Below, in pieces: positions 51,266 through 63,242 of a stretch of 64,000 bases of DNA. The first letter of the stretch is position 1, and each line of letters starts with the position of its first letter. The stretch is from Octopus vulgaris. Its lineage: Eukaryota. Below the pieces are notes generated by a model. The model made no database searches and had not been told where the DNA came from. It saw only the letters and a program-made list of their open reading frames with translations. The translations under genes were made by a program, and so were the position numbers. Where the stretch lies: NCBI GenBank assembly GCA_951406725.2, contig OX597815.1:134354001-134418000 (forward strand), written 5' to 3'.

Positions 51266-53565
51266 GGATCTTTTGAAGTAATGAAAGCGAAAGAGACTAA
51301 GAGAAAGCGATTGTATGAGGAGGGAAGTTCTTTTGAAGTTACTGTGCATGGGAAGCATTGATGTACATGTGTGTGTGTGTGTGTGTGTTTGATGGGGTGT
51401 GCGAGATAGAAAGTATGGTGTGTAAGTGAAGTGCTTTTGTTAGTGTGTGTGAAGAGAGAGAGATAACTGAAATTTTTTACTCAGGTTTTGTAGTGCGTGT
51501 GTATGTGTGTGTGTGTGTGTGTATGTATGTATCTATGTATGTGTGTGTATGTATCTATGTATGTGTGTGTATGTATCTATGTATGTATGTATGGCCGATT
51601 CAGTGTTTACATTATTTCGAGTTAAAACGAAAGATTACCTTTGCCTGTTTATGTAACGGTCTGCTATGTAGAAAATAATGAGGTTGACTCAATGGAATAA
51701 TGACAGTGATCGAAGATATAGACAATTTTTTTATATTTAATCGTTATATATGCCTTGTCGACTGCTATTGTGCAGCCTTAAATTTCTACTTGTCCTGTTT
51801 TCACCATTATGGCATCATGCAAGGGACTGATACAGTAATGTCCGTTGATGTGACGATGGTGAAATGGTAAGAAAAGGACGGAAGAGTTATAAAATGAGGA
51901 GGAGATATATCCTTCTCATGAGAAAAGAGTTGCATGCAAAGGAAAAAAAAAAGTTAATAGTGTATAGATGTGCACAGAAACTGGGGGCAAGTATGCATAT
52001 ATGCATGTGTAAACATTGTGTTGTGCAGCAAAAGGAACGAACAGTACAAAATATGTAACGAAAAGTGACAAAATCTGATTGGTAATGTCCTGTGTGAAAA
52101 GTCTATGCTGAAAAGTGAGAAAAGGTTAGTTCTCTTGGTTGGGTAGCTGTCCTAAGTGTTGCATTTATGTATGGCAACTGTTTCCCTCGTGGATCTGTGC
52201 ATCGGGTTGCAGTACATGTGGAATGTAATTGGTGTGTGTCCATTGAGTCGGTGACTTCATTCCTTTCGTGTTGTGTTGGGCGTGTGACGATGGAACTGAA
52301 AACTATGCGTCGTGAAAGTTCGTGTCCTATAATTCTTGTTGATGCGACTGGCACGTCCACATCTATTCCATGGTGTTTGTGTGGATTGAGGCATCGTTGG
52401 GATCCACAAAGTTGACACTGTGGTTCACAGTCAAATGGTTGGGCAGGCTTTTTTACGCTCTCCATGAATCTCTGATAATCTTAGTTCCTAGCAATACATG
52501 GCGGATAATAATAGGCAACAATGTTGCTGCACTTCTTTTCTGCACAGGAACTAAGATACATCTCAGACTCTCACGCTCAACCATACCCAAAACCCAGTGA
52601 CCTTCTCGATAAGTACCACGATGATATTTCCTGTGCATGAACTTGGATTCATCGATGCCAGAGAATCTCTACAACAACATCTTCTCCTCCAAGTTGCACA
52701 GGGTGGTCAAAACACCACATAGCACAAACATCGCGGAAGTAATTGTACCAGTTGACAATTGCCTCTGGTCCAATTCCAACTTCACCCATCACAACACTCT
52801 GTTTACATTCAATTATCGCCCAGTAATACATCAACCCGAGGAGACAAGTCAATGGTAGGTGTGAACCCGCGAAAAACGAGTCTCGCCTAATGCTACGAAA
52901 TTGCTTGCAAACAGTACACCTCCACATTTTCCCATCGGATACTGTATTGCGTGATGCAAGGTACATCCGCCCATTACAACATTCCGATGAATTGTGGATC
53001 AATCCCACAGATGCCAGGAATTGGATTGTTGAATCCGCGTTACTCATGGCATGAATGTCTCGCAGATGGTGAGATCTTTGAGTTATGTCATCAACGGAAA
53101 GGACAGATTCAACAATCCTATATCGTCCAGCCATAGTGGGATCTTATGGAAGAGTATAATGATGTAATTAATAGTAATTAAGAAAATGTACAGGAGAGTC
53201 TGTTGCCAGATATGTGTGTGTGCTTGTGAGTCTGTGTTTGTATGCACAGGCGTGTGTGTGCAAAGTTTTGTTTGTGCTTGTGTCTGTACAGGTGCGTGTG
53301 TGCAAAACGAAAATAAAATAAAGATTTTACGTTCCAAAAGTCTCTTCGTTCCAAATGTCTCTTCGTTCTGCAGTAGTAAATGTGGAGAAAGACAGACTGA
53401 AATTGTTAGAGAACTGCGTTCGAGCTAGTTGGAAGTCAAAGAGTGTGGGACATTGTCTGATATCCTAGCAGCCCTTTCTTTACTAAGTCATGAAATGGCT
53501 TGTTCTGTTGATGACAAGTGACTAACTTACTTTCGCTTGGTATGTGTTTGCTTATATTAAGATCC
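51266..53565 (-). mobile_element. Merlin (ISXO2/IS1595-like) DNA transposon with a disrupted transposase at about 52300-53134; boundaries tentative
   Basis: WRCTVC..SIRRDSFF zinc ribbon; VVVEI/DESKF, WVLGMVER, RSAATLLPII, DSWRA, HLTVNHSVNFVDP..HTNTMES. Short inverted ends GGATCTT/AAGATCC. Confidence 0.8.
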
Positions 53566-55359
53566 AGAAGGATAGATATATCATTGAGAACAATAGAGTT
53601 AGGTGTAGTAGAAGAGGTTAGAAAGGGTCAAGTGGTGAAGACATTATTTCGGCCTAGCTAAAGGCATCTGGAAAATGTAAAACTGCTGCCAGAGAATAAC
53701 CATTGGTCCATCGTGGGAAATGTTCTATAGCAGTGTTGATTTAAATTTGTCTATGTTGAATCGAATCCACTTCATGTATGCAAGATTCACTACACATTAA
53801 ACACAAAGAAATTAAAACAATATTCATCGAAATTTCGCCTATTTTTTTTTTATTCTTTTACTTGTTTTAGTCATTAGACGGCGGCCATACTGGAGTGCTT
53901 ATTTTTTTAAAGCCTGGTACTCGTTCTATCGGACTTCTTTTGCCGAACTGCTAAGTTATTTATTTTTTAAATGGCATTATTGAAATAAAAGAGCAGTGGT
54001 GTGGGCTAAGTCGGTGGAGCGTTCGACAAAAAGCCACGCGCTATTTTAGCTGTGTGTCCGAGGGAATTTCGAGTTGAGAATTTTTAGGGATCTGTTTCCT
54101 TGCTTCAGTCAATAGATTGCGGTCAAGCTGGGGCACTTTCTTGTTGAAAAAATAGTCTTTCTTCTTACAAACTTAATTACAAGTGTTCCAGAATATGGAA
54201 TGATTCTTTAAAATAACGAAAGATACAGGAAAAAAAAAAATTCATTTTAATTGTGGCAGTTATTCCGAAGGAGCGATGGGGGGAGGGGGCAAGTTTGTAA
54301 AAACATGAATTTTTGAAAATTTTTTGTTACAGTGCAAATTACATCGAAGGATCGCCATATGGGCGAGGCTATAGAAGAAGACACTTGCCCAAGGTGCCAC
54401 GCAGTGAGACTGAACCCGGAACCATGTGGTTCGTAAGCAAGCTACTTACCACACAGCCAAATGTTTTTTTTTCTTGTCCTAAACAAAAAGGGTAACGTTA
54501 AAAGTTTTTTTTTTAAATCTTTAATTAACTGTCTATTTATTCAGATAATTTAACAATTACATTTATAACACATATGTATATGATACAAACCACTTTAAAA
54601 TACAAACCCCAAACTGAAGAAAACACAAACATGAGCGAGGAAAGAAAAGGAGGAAGAAAAAATATCAGTTCAGTACTAAGTGCTTCAATTGACCGCACTA
54701 CTGAAGCAAACCAACATGTTCGCTGCATTACCACAGGTAATGGTGAGGCTAAGGTGTTGAAACAGCCAAGAGAGTGTTAGGTGATGCCACTCTCACTGGC
54801 GTCACCTAACACCACGGTAAAGTGAGTTACCAATGACAACAAGAACTGTGTTATTAGTTGCCCTACCCCTCCCGACGTTTCAAACGCCATAGACTGGAAG
54901 AAATAATTCACTGACAAATCCTGATACTTAAGAATTTTGTTGTGTTCAACAATGGAAGCAGTAATCCTCTCATTTACAGCAGCACCAAAGATGTGGAAGG
55001 GAGCAAAGGAGTTACAGATTGTGATATCTCAGATAAGGCACCTACCTCTCACTCAGGTACAAAGGATAAGATCCTCTGGTCTCTTCCCATCACTTGTAGA
55101 TAATCCTGCTGGTTCCAGAACTAAGGAGATATTAACTTGAGCTAGGGTCTGCTTAATGATTAAGTGTTATGTATTACTTCTTACATAGGTATAATACCTA
55201 TGTAATCACTTGACCTGTTAGTAATAGCAGCCAAATAGTCAAGTTATACCTTGACTTCTTGAAAAGGATACACTGAATATAGAAACACTGTCCTGAAAAC
55301 AAGACCCGATGGCCATTTCTGAATCGCTCCAGATGAAAATTGAGAAAGCATGATATGAG

Positions 55360-55573
55360 GGAATGCTGTAAAGTTCCTGGTTTTAAGGGTATCATGAAAG
55401 ACCTAGCTGGAGGCCCAACCTTCTGAGTTCTTTTACAGGGCTTAAAAAAACTAAAGGGCTGCTGCAATCATTGTGTGTGAATCTGAGAGGGGAATATGTT
55501 GAATAAAATCATGATTAACCGATCCTCCTGTATTTTCTTTTACCCAAAGCCAGGAACTTTTCAGTACCCCCTC
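55360..55573. mobile_element. Mariner-type MITE (related copy at about 32537-32730)
   Basis: Ends aaagttcctgg / ccaggaactttt..cccctcaTA. The internal block is shared with 32540-32725. Confidence 0.6.
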
Positions 55574-55861
55574 ATATATACTTTTTTGAGGATATTAACA
55601 AATGTTAAGTAAAATATCAATAGCTAATAATAGAGTATGACTGTGTTTCTTACCATTTTAATCATTAATGTAATTGAGAAAGGTAATATGAATTTCAGTT
55701 CCTCCACTCCTTATACCCATCATCATCATCATTTAATGTCAGCTTTCCATGCTAGCATGGGTTGGACGATTTGACTGAGGACTGGCGAACCAGATGGTTG
55801 CACCAGGCTCCAATCTTGATCTGGCAGAGTTTGTACAGCTGGATGCCCTTCCTGTGTATAT

Positions 55862-56818
55862 ATGCTTTTTATAGTGGCCCTCTCAGATATGCCCTCAAAT
55901 GCCCGGATAGTCACTCTGGCAAGCTATGCAGATGATACGAAAGTCTCGCAGAAAATACAGAACCCCAGCGATGTTGCACACCTGCAGCAGGAGTTGGACT
56001 CAATCTACAGATGGGCTGAGGATAATAATATGCAGTTTAATGCTGAAAAATTCCAGGCCCTGCGCTACCAGCATCCAAAACTGAATAGTGAACTTACAGG
56101 ATACACCGGTCCACAGGGAATTTCAATCCCAGAGCCTAAGTCTGTGAGGGACCTAGGTATCGACATGAGTGATGATACCTCTTTCCAAGTGCACATTAGC
56201 AGGATGGCGACAAAGTGTAGACGACTGGCTGGATGGATCCTAAGAACATTCAGAACCAGAGATAAGGAAACCATGATGGTCCTCTGGCGGACATTCGTCC
56301 TCAGCCGCCTAGATTACTGCTCGCAGCTATGGTCACCCACCAGCGTGAAATTAACAGCGGACCTTGAAGCAATCCAGAGAAGATCCACAAAGAAGATCGT
56401 CTCTTTGCGACAGCACAGCTACTGGGAAAGGTTGAAACAGCTAAGACTCTACTCTCTGGAGAGAAGACGGGTGAGGTATGCAGTAATATATGTCTGGAAG
56501 ATCCTGGAAGGAATTGTGCCAAATTTTGGCATTGTAAGCTACACCAATGCTAGAACGGGACGACACTGCATAGTGCCAAAGATCCCAGCAATGCCATCAC
56601 GCTTCAGGACGAGCTTCTGCAACAACCTGGGTTTCAAGGGCCCACAGCTTTTTAATATTCTCCCAAAGAGTCTGAGGAACTTGTACAAAGTAGATGTAGC
56701 GGTTTTTAAATCAAAGCTGGACATCTTCCTGTCGAGAGTCCCAGATGAACCTACCTCATGGCAAGAGGTGCAAATGAGAGTAGCTATATCAAACTCATCA
56801 GCATGGCCGCAGCTCTGA
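55862..56818 (+). mobile_element. 5'-truncated CR1-group LINE (RT C-terminal half, 318-aa open frame)
   Basis: YADDTK, NNMQFNAEKF, VRDLGI, SRLDYCSQLWSP, YWERLKQLRLYSLERRR. Confidence 0.88.
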
Positions 56819-57138
56819 GCTGAAACAAGAAAAACGATATATATATATACAGTATATGATGGTTTGGTTTGCAGCAACCAAATGAAAAAAAAAAACACAG
56901 TATGTGCGTTCTTGGTAAACCATTTCCATCAGTTGTAGCTATTTCACTTATTTCACTTTAAAAATATCTCTGATGTCTTTTAGAAATGCAGTATTTTCCC
57001 TTCATTTCATATACTGCTAATGTTCTCCAGCTGAATATGAATGTCACTCATTTCTCACTGCCATCGTTTATAAATTTGTGATTTTTTAACTGAGTAAAAA
57101 GTCTAGTATTATCGTCACCTGATACATATACTTGATAA

Positions 57139-60100
57139 TCTCTCTCTATATAAAAGGCAGTTTATATGTCTGTGTGTCTGTCAGGTTGTACCCTCGTCCT
57201 GACCGCGGCTTTCAACCAATTCTGATGAAACTTGACACACACATAGCTTAATGTCATAATGTCATAATGTCATAATTCAAAACTAACGCAGCTTTTGAAA
57301 AGTTCCCCCAGTTCTGAAAAAAATCGATAAATTCGACATGGGGTCGAGAATCTAAGCTTATCATATGTTTTCGCAACTTGCAATCGATTTTCACCAAAAT
57401 CATGGTGAAGCTTAATGTTACCCTAAGGAATTTAATTCTGACGTTAGTTTTCCATGCAGTACCTTACCATCAGAAAAAATCGATAAACTCATGCCATTTT
57501 GGGAAATCGCGTTCAAATTCAAGACGATATATTTTCGACAATATCTTTAACAAATTGGCAGGAAGTTTTTTGAAATTCACAGCGAGCATCATGTCTGCTC
57601 CAAGGAGCTATATGGCCCTTTTTATTCCAATAGGATACGTTATTACTGGAAGAAATCGGTTAATTACATCATATGTGGCACACGTAGCAAACTGATTTGT
57701 GTATTAAACACAAACCACAGACGGTCTAGGGGACGCAACTCGACCTTCTTTAACTCTCTTACTCCCCCTAATAACTATCAAACAACTATCGATGATTCAA
57801 TCCACAGGAGGAAATCTAGACTTAATCTTCAAGATATCCCACATACAAACCAAAGATTACATCGAAACCTCCAGACTAACCTAAGTTTTGGTGAACCAAT
57901 TCCTACCAGGAAGAACTAACCTCCGAGACTTTACCACCTACACAGCCACTTCAAGCAGTCAACGAGACAAAACATGACCAGACAACATAACCTTGGCATA
58001 CTTCTGCTAATCGCTGCTGCAGCCGCAAGTTATTCGAATACTTTTTTTTTGTTTAAACTTACTTTATAACTACCACCCCAAACGTTTTACCTTAAATTTT
58101 TGACGTACCCTAAGGGTCGTCGCACGCTACTTGCAAACTCTTGGTTTATTATAAGCCGCCTTTGTCGTGTGCACTAAAAATACCTTTTCCATTGTTTGTT
58201 CAGTTTGGTCACTTTTCGCTTTTTCGTTGTTGTCACTCACATTGCTGCCCGCTTTTTTGCCGTTTTTGTACATTTTTATACATTTTGGGATACTTACCCC
58301 ACGTGTTCCTTTTTATTACACCTTTGCCAAACACATTGCTATCCACCAAAATGCCACCCAAGAAGAGAAGGACCCTCCTCAGCCCTCGGACGGCCAAGGC
58401 ATCGGCTACTAGGGCTAGAAGGGCACGCGAGACCCACAAGGAAACTGCCTTGCGCCTCTCGCAAAAAGCTTCCCGTTCTGCCGCTGCTCAGGCATCTGAA
58501 ACTACTAGCGACCGTTCTACCCGACTTGCAAGGGCCGCAGCGTACAGATTTTCCCTCCGCTCAAGGTTGACGAAAGAGTAACCGTCCAGCCAAAACATGC
58601 GGGCTTCTTCCTGTGCTTCCATCCACAGAGCTCACGAGAACCCCGAACAAGGGCCATTCGGAATGCGGCTTACGCCGCTAGCACCGCCAGGACGCGATCT
58701 GTCGAAACCCCACAGCAGAGGAGAACTCGCCAAGCTGCTGACGCCGCAAACACAGCCATGGCCCGATCTGCCGAAACACCTCAACAGAAGAGAGCTCGCC
58801 GAGCTGCTGACGCCGCAAACACAGCCATGGCCCGATCTGCCGAAACTCCAGACCAACGAACTATCCGGACATCCAGAGATGCCATTAACACTGCTTCTGC
58901 TAGGGCTTCAGAGAGTGCTGAGGCGAGAGCTGAAAGGCTTTCAAGGGATGCCACTGCTACCGCTGTCGCACACGCATCTCAATCTGCTGAGGCACGGCGC
59001 ACTCGACTTGAGAGTATCAACCAATGTCGGGATATCATTCGTGGTGTACGTTCCCCTGCCCCCGCTTTCTGGTCGTCACTAGCATTCAACTACGACGCCA
59101 CAATTAACTTCTTCTCTCACGCATATATCGCGGTCCTCCCGTGAAGGTGGAGGGTAGAATGCATGGCTTGCCGATGTTGCGAGGGTCATTTTCTTGTTGC
59201 AAGCCGTCACGGAGATGAATGTAGGAGTCGGAGCGAAGTTTGGTCTGATTAAGTTTAATGTATAGCAGCCTTTCCGATTCCATTTTGGCGGCCATGTCGA
59301 CGGCGAACTGGTTGAATAGCTGACGACAATGGGGCAATAAGTTGAACTCACCCTCCCTGACCATCTGAGTTCTGCAGCTCCATCAGGTCAATACAATATG
59401 TCTGCAAATATATCAATAAGGGCAGGATGCTGCCATGTTCAGCATCCAGAGGACCACCAGTCGCGACGAAGTGTCCAACTACTTGGCAGGCCGGTACCTC
59501 AGCAGCAACGAAGCGTTTTGGCGCATTTACGGCTTTCCGCTCCATCAGAGACATCTGACTGTGGTGCAGCTTGCTGTACACTTGGAAAATGGACAGCGGA
59601 TTTACTTCATAGAACAAACTGCTGCGCAGGTAGCCACCAACCCTAAAGACACAACGTTGACCGGTTTCTTCAAATTATGCCAACGTGATGACTTCGCTCG
59701 AACGCTTTTGCACCCCCAGGTCCTATCGTACTTCGTGTGGTCTACAACACCTGGCTTCGACGGAAATCCGGCCAAAACGTCGAAGGCTTCCCAGGCGTCA
59801 AGTTTGACTCCTGCCTGGGTCGAGTTTACAACATCCCGCCAAACCAGCAAGAATGCTTCTACCTCCGTCTCCTTCTACATGAGGTCACTGGTCCAACAGG
59901 TTTCGGCAATATACGCACCGTCAATGGAATTCTGTGCGACACCTTCAGGGAAGCATGTATGAGACTTGGCCTTCTAGAGGATGACTCCCAGTGGGACGCC
60001 ACTATGGCAGAGGGCGCTTTACTGCAAGCGTCTTCGGCCCTACGACATCTTTTCGCAATCCTTCTTCAAAAATGTCAGCTTAGTGACCCACTAAGTCTCT

Positions 60101-62227
60101 GGATGAAATACAGGGATGACATGTCGCAGGACTTCTTACGTACGGCTCAGCAACACTGCCCTTCCGTCGAGATCACGTTCACCAACTTCATTTATAATTT
60201 CACGCTTATTTAACTCGAAGACGCTGTCATCGATATGGGTGGCTCTGCTTTAACGGAATACGGCCTTCCACCACCCACACGTGAACACGCCAATGTTATG
60301 TCTGCTGAATTGTTACGCGAAACTTCCTACTGCACTGAGGAACTGCACCAGTACGTCCAAGATAATGAACCACGATTGCTTCCAGACCAGCGCATAGCCT
60401 ACAACACCATCGTAGACTCTGTCAGACAGCAACGTGGGGTGATTTACTTCCTTGACACACCTGGCGGCACTGGCAAACCCTTCGTCACGAAACTAATTCT
60501 GGTGGAGGTCAGGCGCAACACGGACATTGCCCTGGCTGTAGCTTCCTCTGGTATCGTGGCCACGTTGCTTCCGGGTGGCAGAACCGCCCACTCTGCCTTC
60601 AGACTCCCGCTTGATCTGGCAAAGTCCGAGTCACCTATCTGCAACATCACCAAGAACTCAGAACAGGCCGACATTCTGCGCAGATGCAAACTCATTGTAT
60701 GGGACGAGTGCACTGTGGCGCACAAAGGCGCCCTTCAGGCACTGGACAGGTCCCTGCAAGACATCAGAGACTCTATGGCCCCCATGGGAGGATTGACTTT
60801 ACTTCTTTCAGGAGACTTCAGGCAGACTCTGCCTGTTATTCCTAAAGGAACCCGTGGCGATGCCGTGCGCGCGTGCCTTAAGTTGTCAGCTCTTTGGGCA
60901 CATGTGCGGCCCTTGCGCCTCCAATCTAACATGCGCGCGCAGTTGATTGGTGACAGCAGATCCGCTGCATTCTCCAGGGACCTTTTATCGCTCGGTGAAA
61001 ATAGGATGCCGGCTGATGCGGATGGCTGCGTTCAATTGGACTCACTTTGCACCACTGTCGACACTCCTGCTAGCCTCCGAGACGCTGTTTTCCACGACCT
61101 ACAAAACAATTTACGCGACCTAAAATGGCTGGCAGGCAGAGCTATTCTCGCACCCAAAAATACAACTGTCAACTCCATCAATATCCAGCTACTTGAAGCT
61201 ATTCCTGGTGATGTCCACGTCTACAAATCTATAGATAGGACAGCAGACCCCGCCGAGCTTGCCGATTATCCTATTTAATTCCTGAATTCACTTGAACCGC
61301 CAGGCTTGCCGCCACACATCCTGAAGTTAAAAGTCGGTGCGCCCATTATGCTCATCAGGAATTTGGTTCCACCTAAACAGTGCAACGGCACACATCTGGT
61401 TGTGAAACATTTGGCACCACATTTAATAACGGCCACAATACTTACCGGTTGTGGGAAGGGAGAGGACGTCTTCATTCCACACATGCACCTTCAACCGTCG
61501 AGCGCTGACCTACCAATCCACTTCAGGTGTTCTCAGTTTCTTGTTAAACTCTGCTTCGCAATGTCCATCAATAAATCCCAAGGCCAAACGCTACAAGTCG
61601 CTGGGTTACATTTGGGTGAACAGTGCTTCGCCCACGGTCAACTCTACGTGGGCTGTTCACGCGTTGGGAGACGCAATGATGTTTTCATGTTTTCGCCCAA
61701 AGGGACAGCTAGGAACGTCATATACACAGAAGTATTGGAGTGAAGAGAAGGCATTGCAACCTACACATGCGCCTTCGTTCCCTAGAGGGAAAGGACTAGA
61801 TCGGGATTAGTCGTTGCCTACTAGAGGCTCCCGAGCCCCCTTTCGCTAGACTTAAGTTAGGATTAGGTAGGGCTTAGCTGTGGTCCGAACCCAACTTGGG
61901 TTCGGGGGGGGGGGCAGTGTCAAAAGGGCTGGCATGTGCAACCTTATCACCTCTGCCAGTCAAACTCCCAACCCATGCGTTCCTGTCGCGACACTGATCC
62001 AGCAGAACTGGGTTGAGTGTGCTAAACAAAACCAGAAAATGCACTTTGACTGTCATAGATTTTTTTCATGCATGCAAGGGAATGGTGCCTTGAATGCCTT
62101 AATGCCTTTTAGGCTTCATTTTACAAAATAACGGTTCAATGAGTACAAAAAAGGGTAAAAAGGTAAAAGGCACTGCTTATCGACAAAGTTTCTTACATAC
62201 CCGGGCAACGCCGGGCTATGCTGCTAG
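57139..62227 (+). mobile_element. Helitron 2
   Basis: A|TCTCTCTCTATATAAAAGGCAG at the 5' end. 3' hairpin CCCGGGCAACGCCGGG, then CTAG|T at 62224-62227. RepHel remnants inside. Confidence 0.85.
58351..61743 (+). pseudogene. Helitron RepHel with N-terminal 23-aa STPR-like repeats, an internal inversion and frameshifts
   Basis: MPPKKRR start, 69-bp repeats at 58703/58772/58841, [53 protein letters not shown]. Segment 59112-59365 is reversed. Confidence 0.9.
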
Positions 62228-62500
62228 TCCTTAATGAAATTAAAATGTCAGTCAGACTGTACCACAAAACCCAAAATATAACCTAGGAATTCTTTCTGAT
62301 AGACGTTTAACAGTTTGACTGACTGTTCCTATTTCATCTGAGATATTCTTTAATGTACAATTGTTGCCCGTCAAAACCATTTTAATTAAAATTTTATAGA
62401 TTGACACAAAACCATTAATTTTTTGTTTGTTTGGAGTATGTGTGTGTATATATATACATATACAGAGACGTCAGTGGCGGCACCTGCTAGGTCTGACTAC

Positions 62501-62543
62501 GCTACATTGACAAGGGGCAAATACCCTGAAACGCGTCTGTAGC
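62501..62543 (+). ncRNA. Degenerate minimal type I hammerhead ribozyme (Penelope terminal-repeat remnant)
   Basis: GCTACA-TTGACAA-GGGG caaata CCCT-GAA-ACGCGT-C-TGTAGC: perfect stem I, palindromic stem III, GUC triplet. Core CTGACGA has changed to TTGACAA. Confidence 0.6.
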
Positions 62544-62708
62544 TGTCGGACTGGCAGTGTGAAGCGGCTGACCTCCCTTGTTCGAAAGTTATAATGGATA
62601 CAGATTGTGTATCAATAGCTATCTTAAGGCGATGGCCTCATGGAGCTAATCAGCGGCAGCGTTTATTCTTATATCTATAAGAATGCCATATTAATATGGC
62701 GATAACAA

Positions 62709-62754
<46 letters not shown>

Positions 62755-62916
62755 TACATATATATATTTATGTGTGTATTTGAAAGAAAAAGTGAACTTT
62801 GACAGGTATTGAACTCAGAACTCTGAGGTAAGAGAAGAATTAATATAAAGCCTTTAGTCTAGCACTCTACCATTTCTTCCATTCCACTGCTCTGAATAAC
62901 AATAAGCTGCTTTATT

Positions 62917-63242
62917 CCTAAAAGACTCCGCCGGTTATGACGACAAGGGTCCCAGCTGATACGATCAACGGAACAGCTTGCTCGTGAAATTAACGTGCAA
63001 ATGGCTGAGCATTCCACAGACACGTGTACCCTTAACGTAGTTCTCGGGGATAATCAGCGTGACACAGAGAGTGACAAGGCTGACCCTTTGAAATACAAGT
63101 ACAACTCATTTTTGCCAGCTGAGTGGACTGGAGCAACGTGAAATAAAGTGTCTTGCTCAAGAACACAACGCGTCGCCGGGAATCGAACTCACAACCTTAC
63201 GATCATGAGCCGAATGCCCTAACCACTAAGCCACGCGCCCTC
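62917..63242 (-). mobile_element. Full-length tRNA-derived CORE-like SINE (family C) with a 13-bp TSD
   Basis: A box tggcttagtgg, B box gagttcgattcc, then tgtgttcttgagcaagacacttt. TSD AAGCTGCTTTATT at 62904-62916 and 63243-63255. A truncated copy lies at about 10760-10990(+). Confidence 0.88.

Noticed and set aside
61851-61878. Telomere-like TTAGG repeats in the Helitron 2 3' region
   Set aside because: Only a few imperfect units, compatible with chance.
63170-63242. tRNA gene
   Set aside because: A and B boxes are present but lead into a SINE body with a TSD. It is a SINE head.
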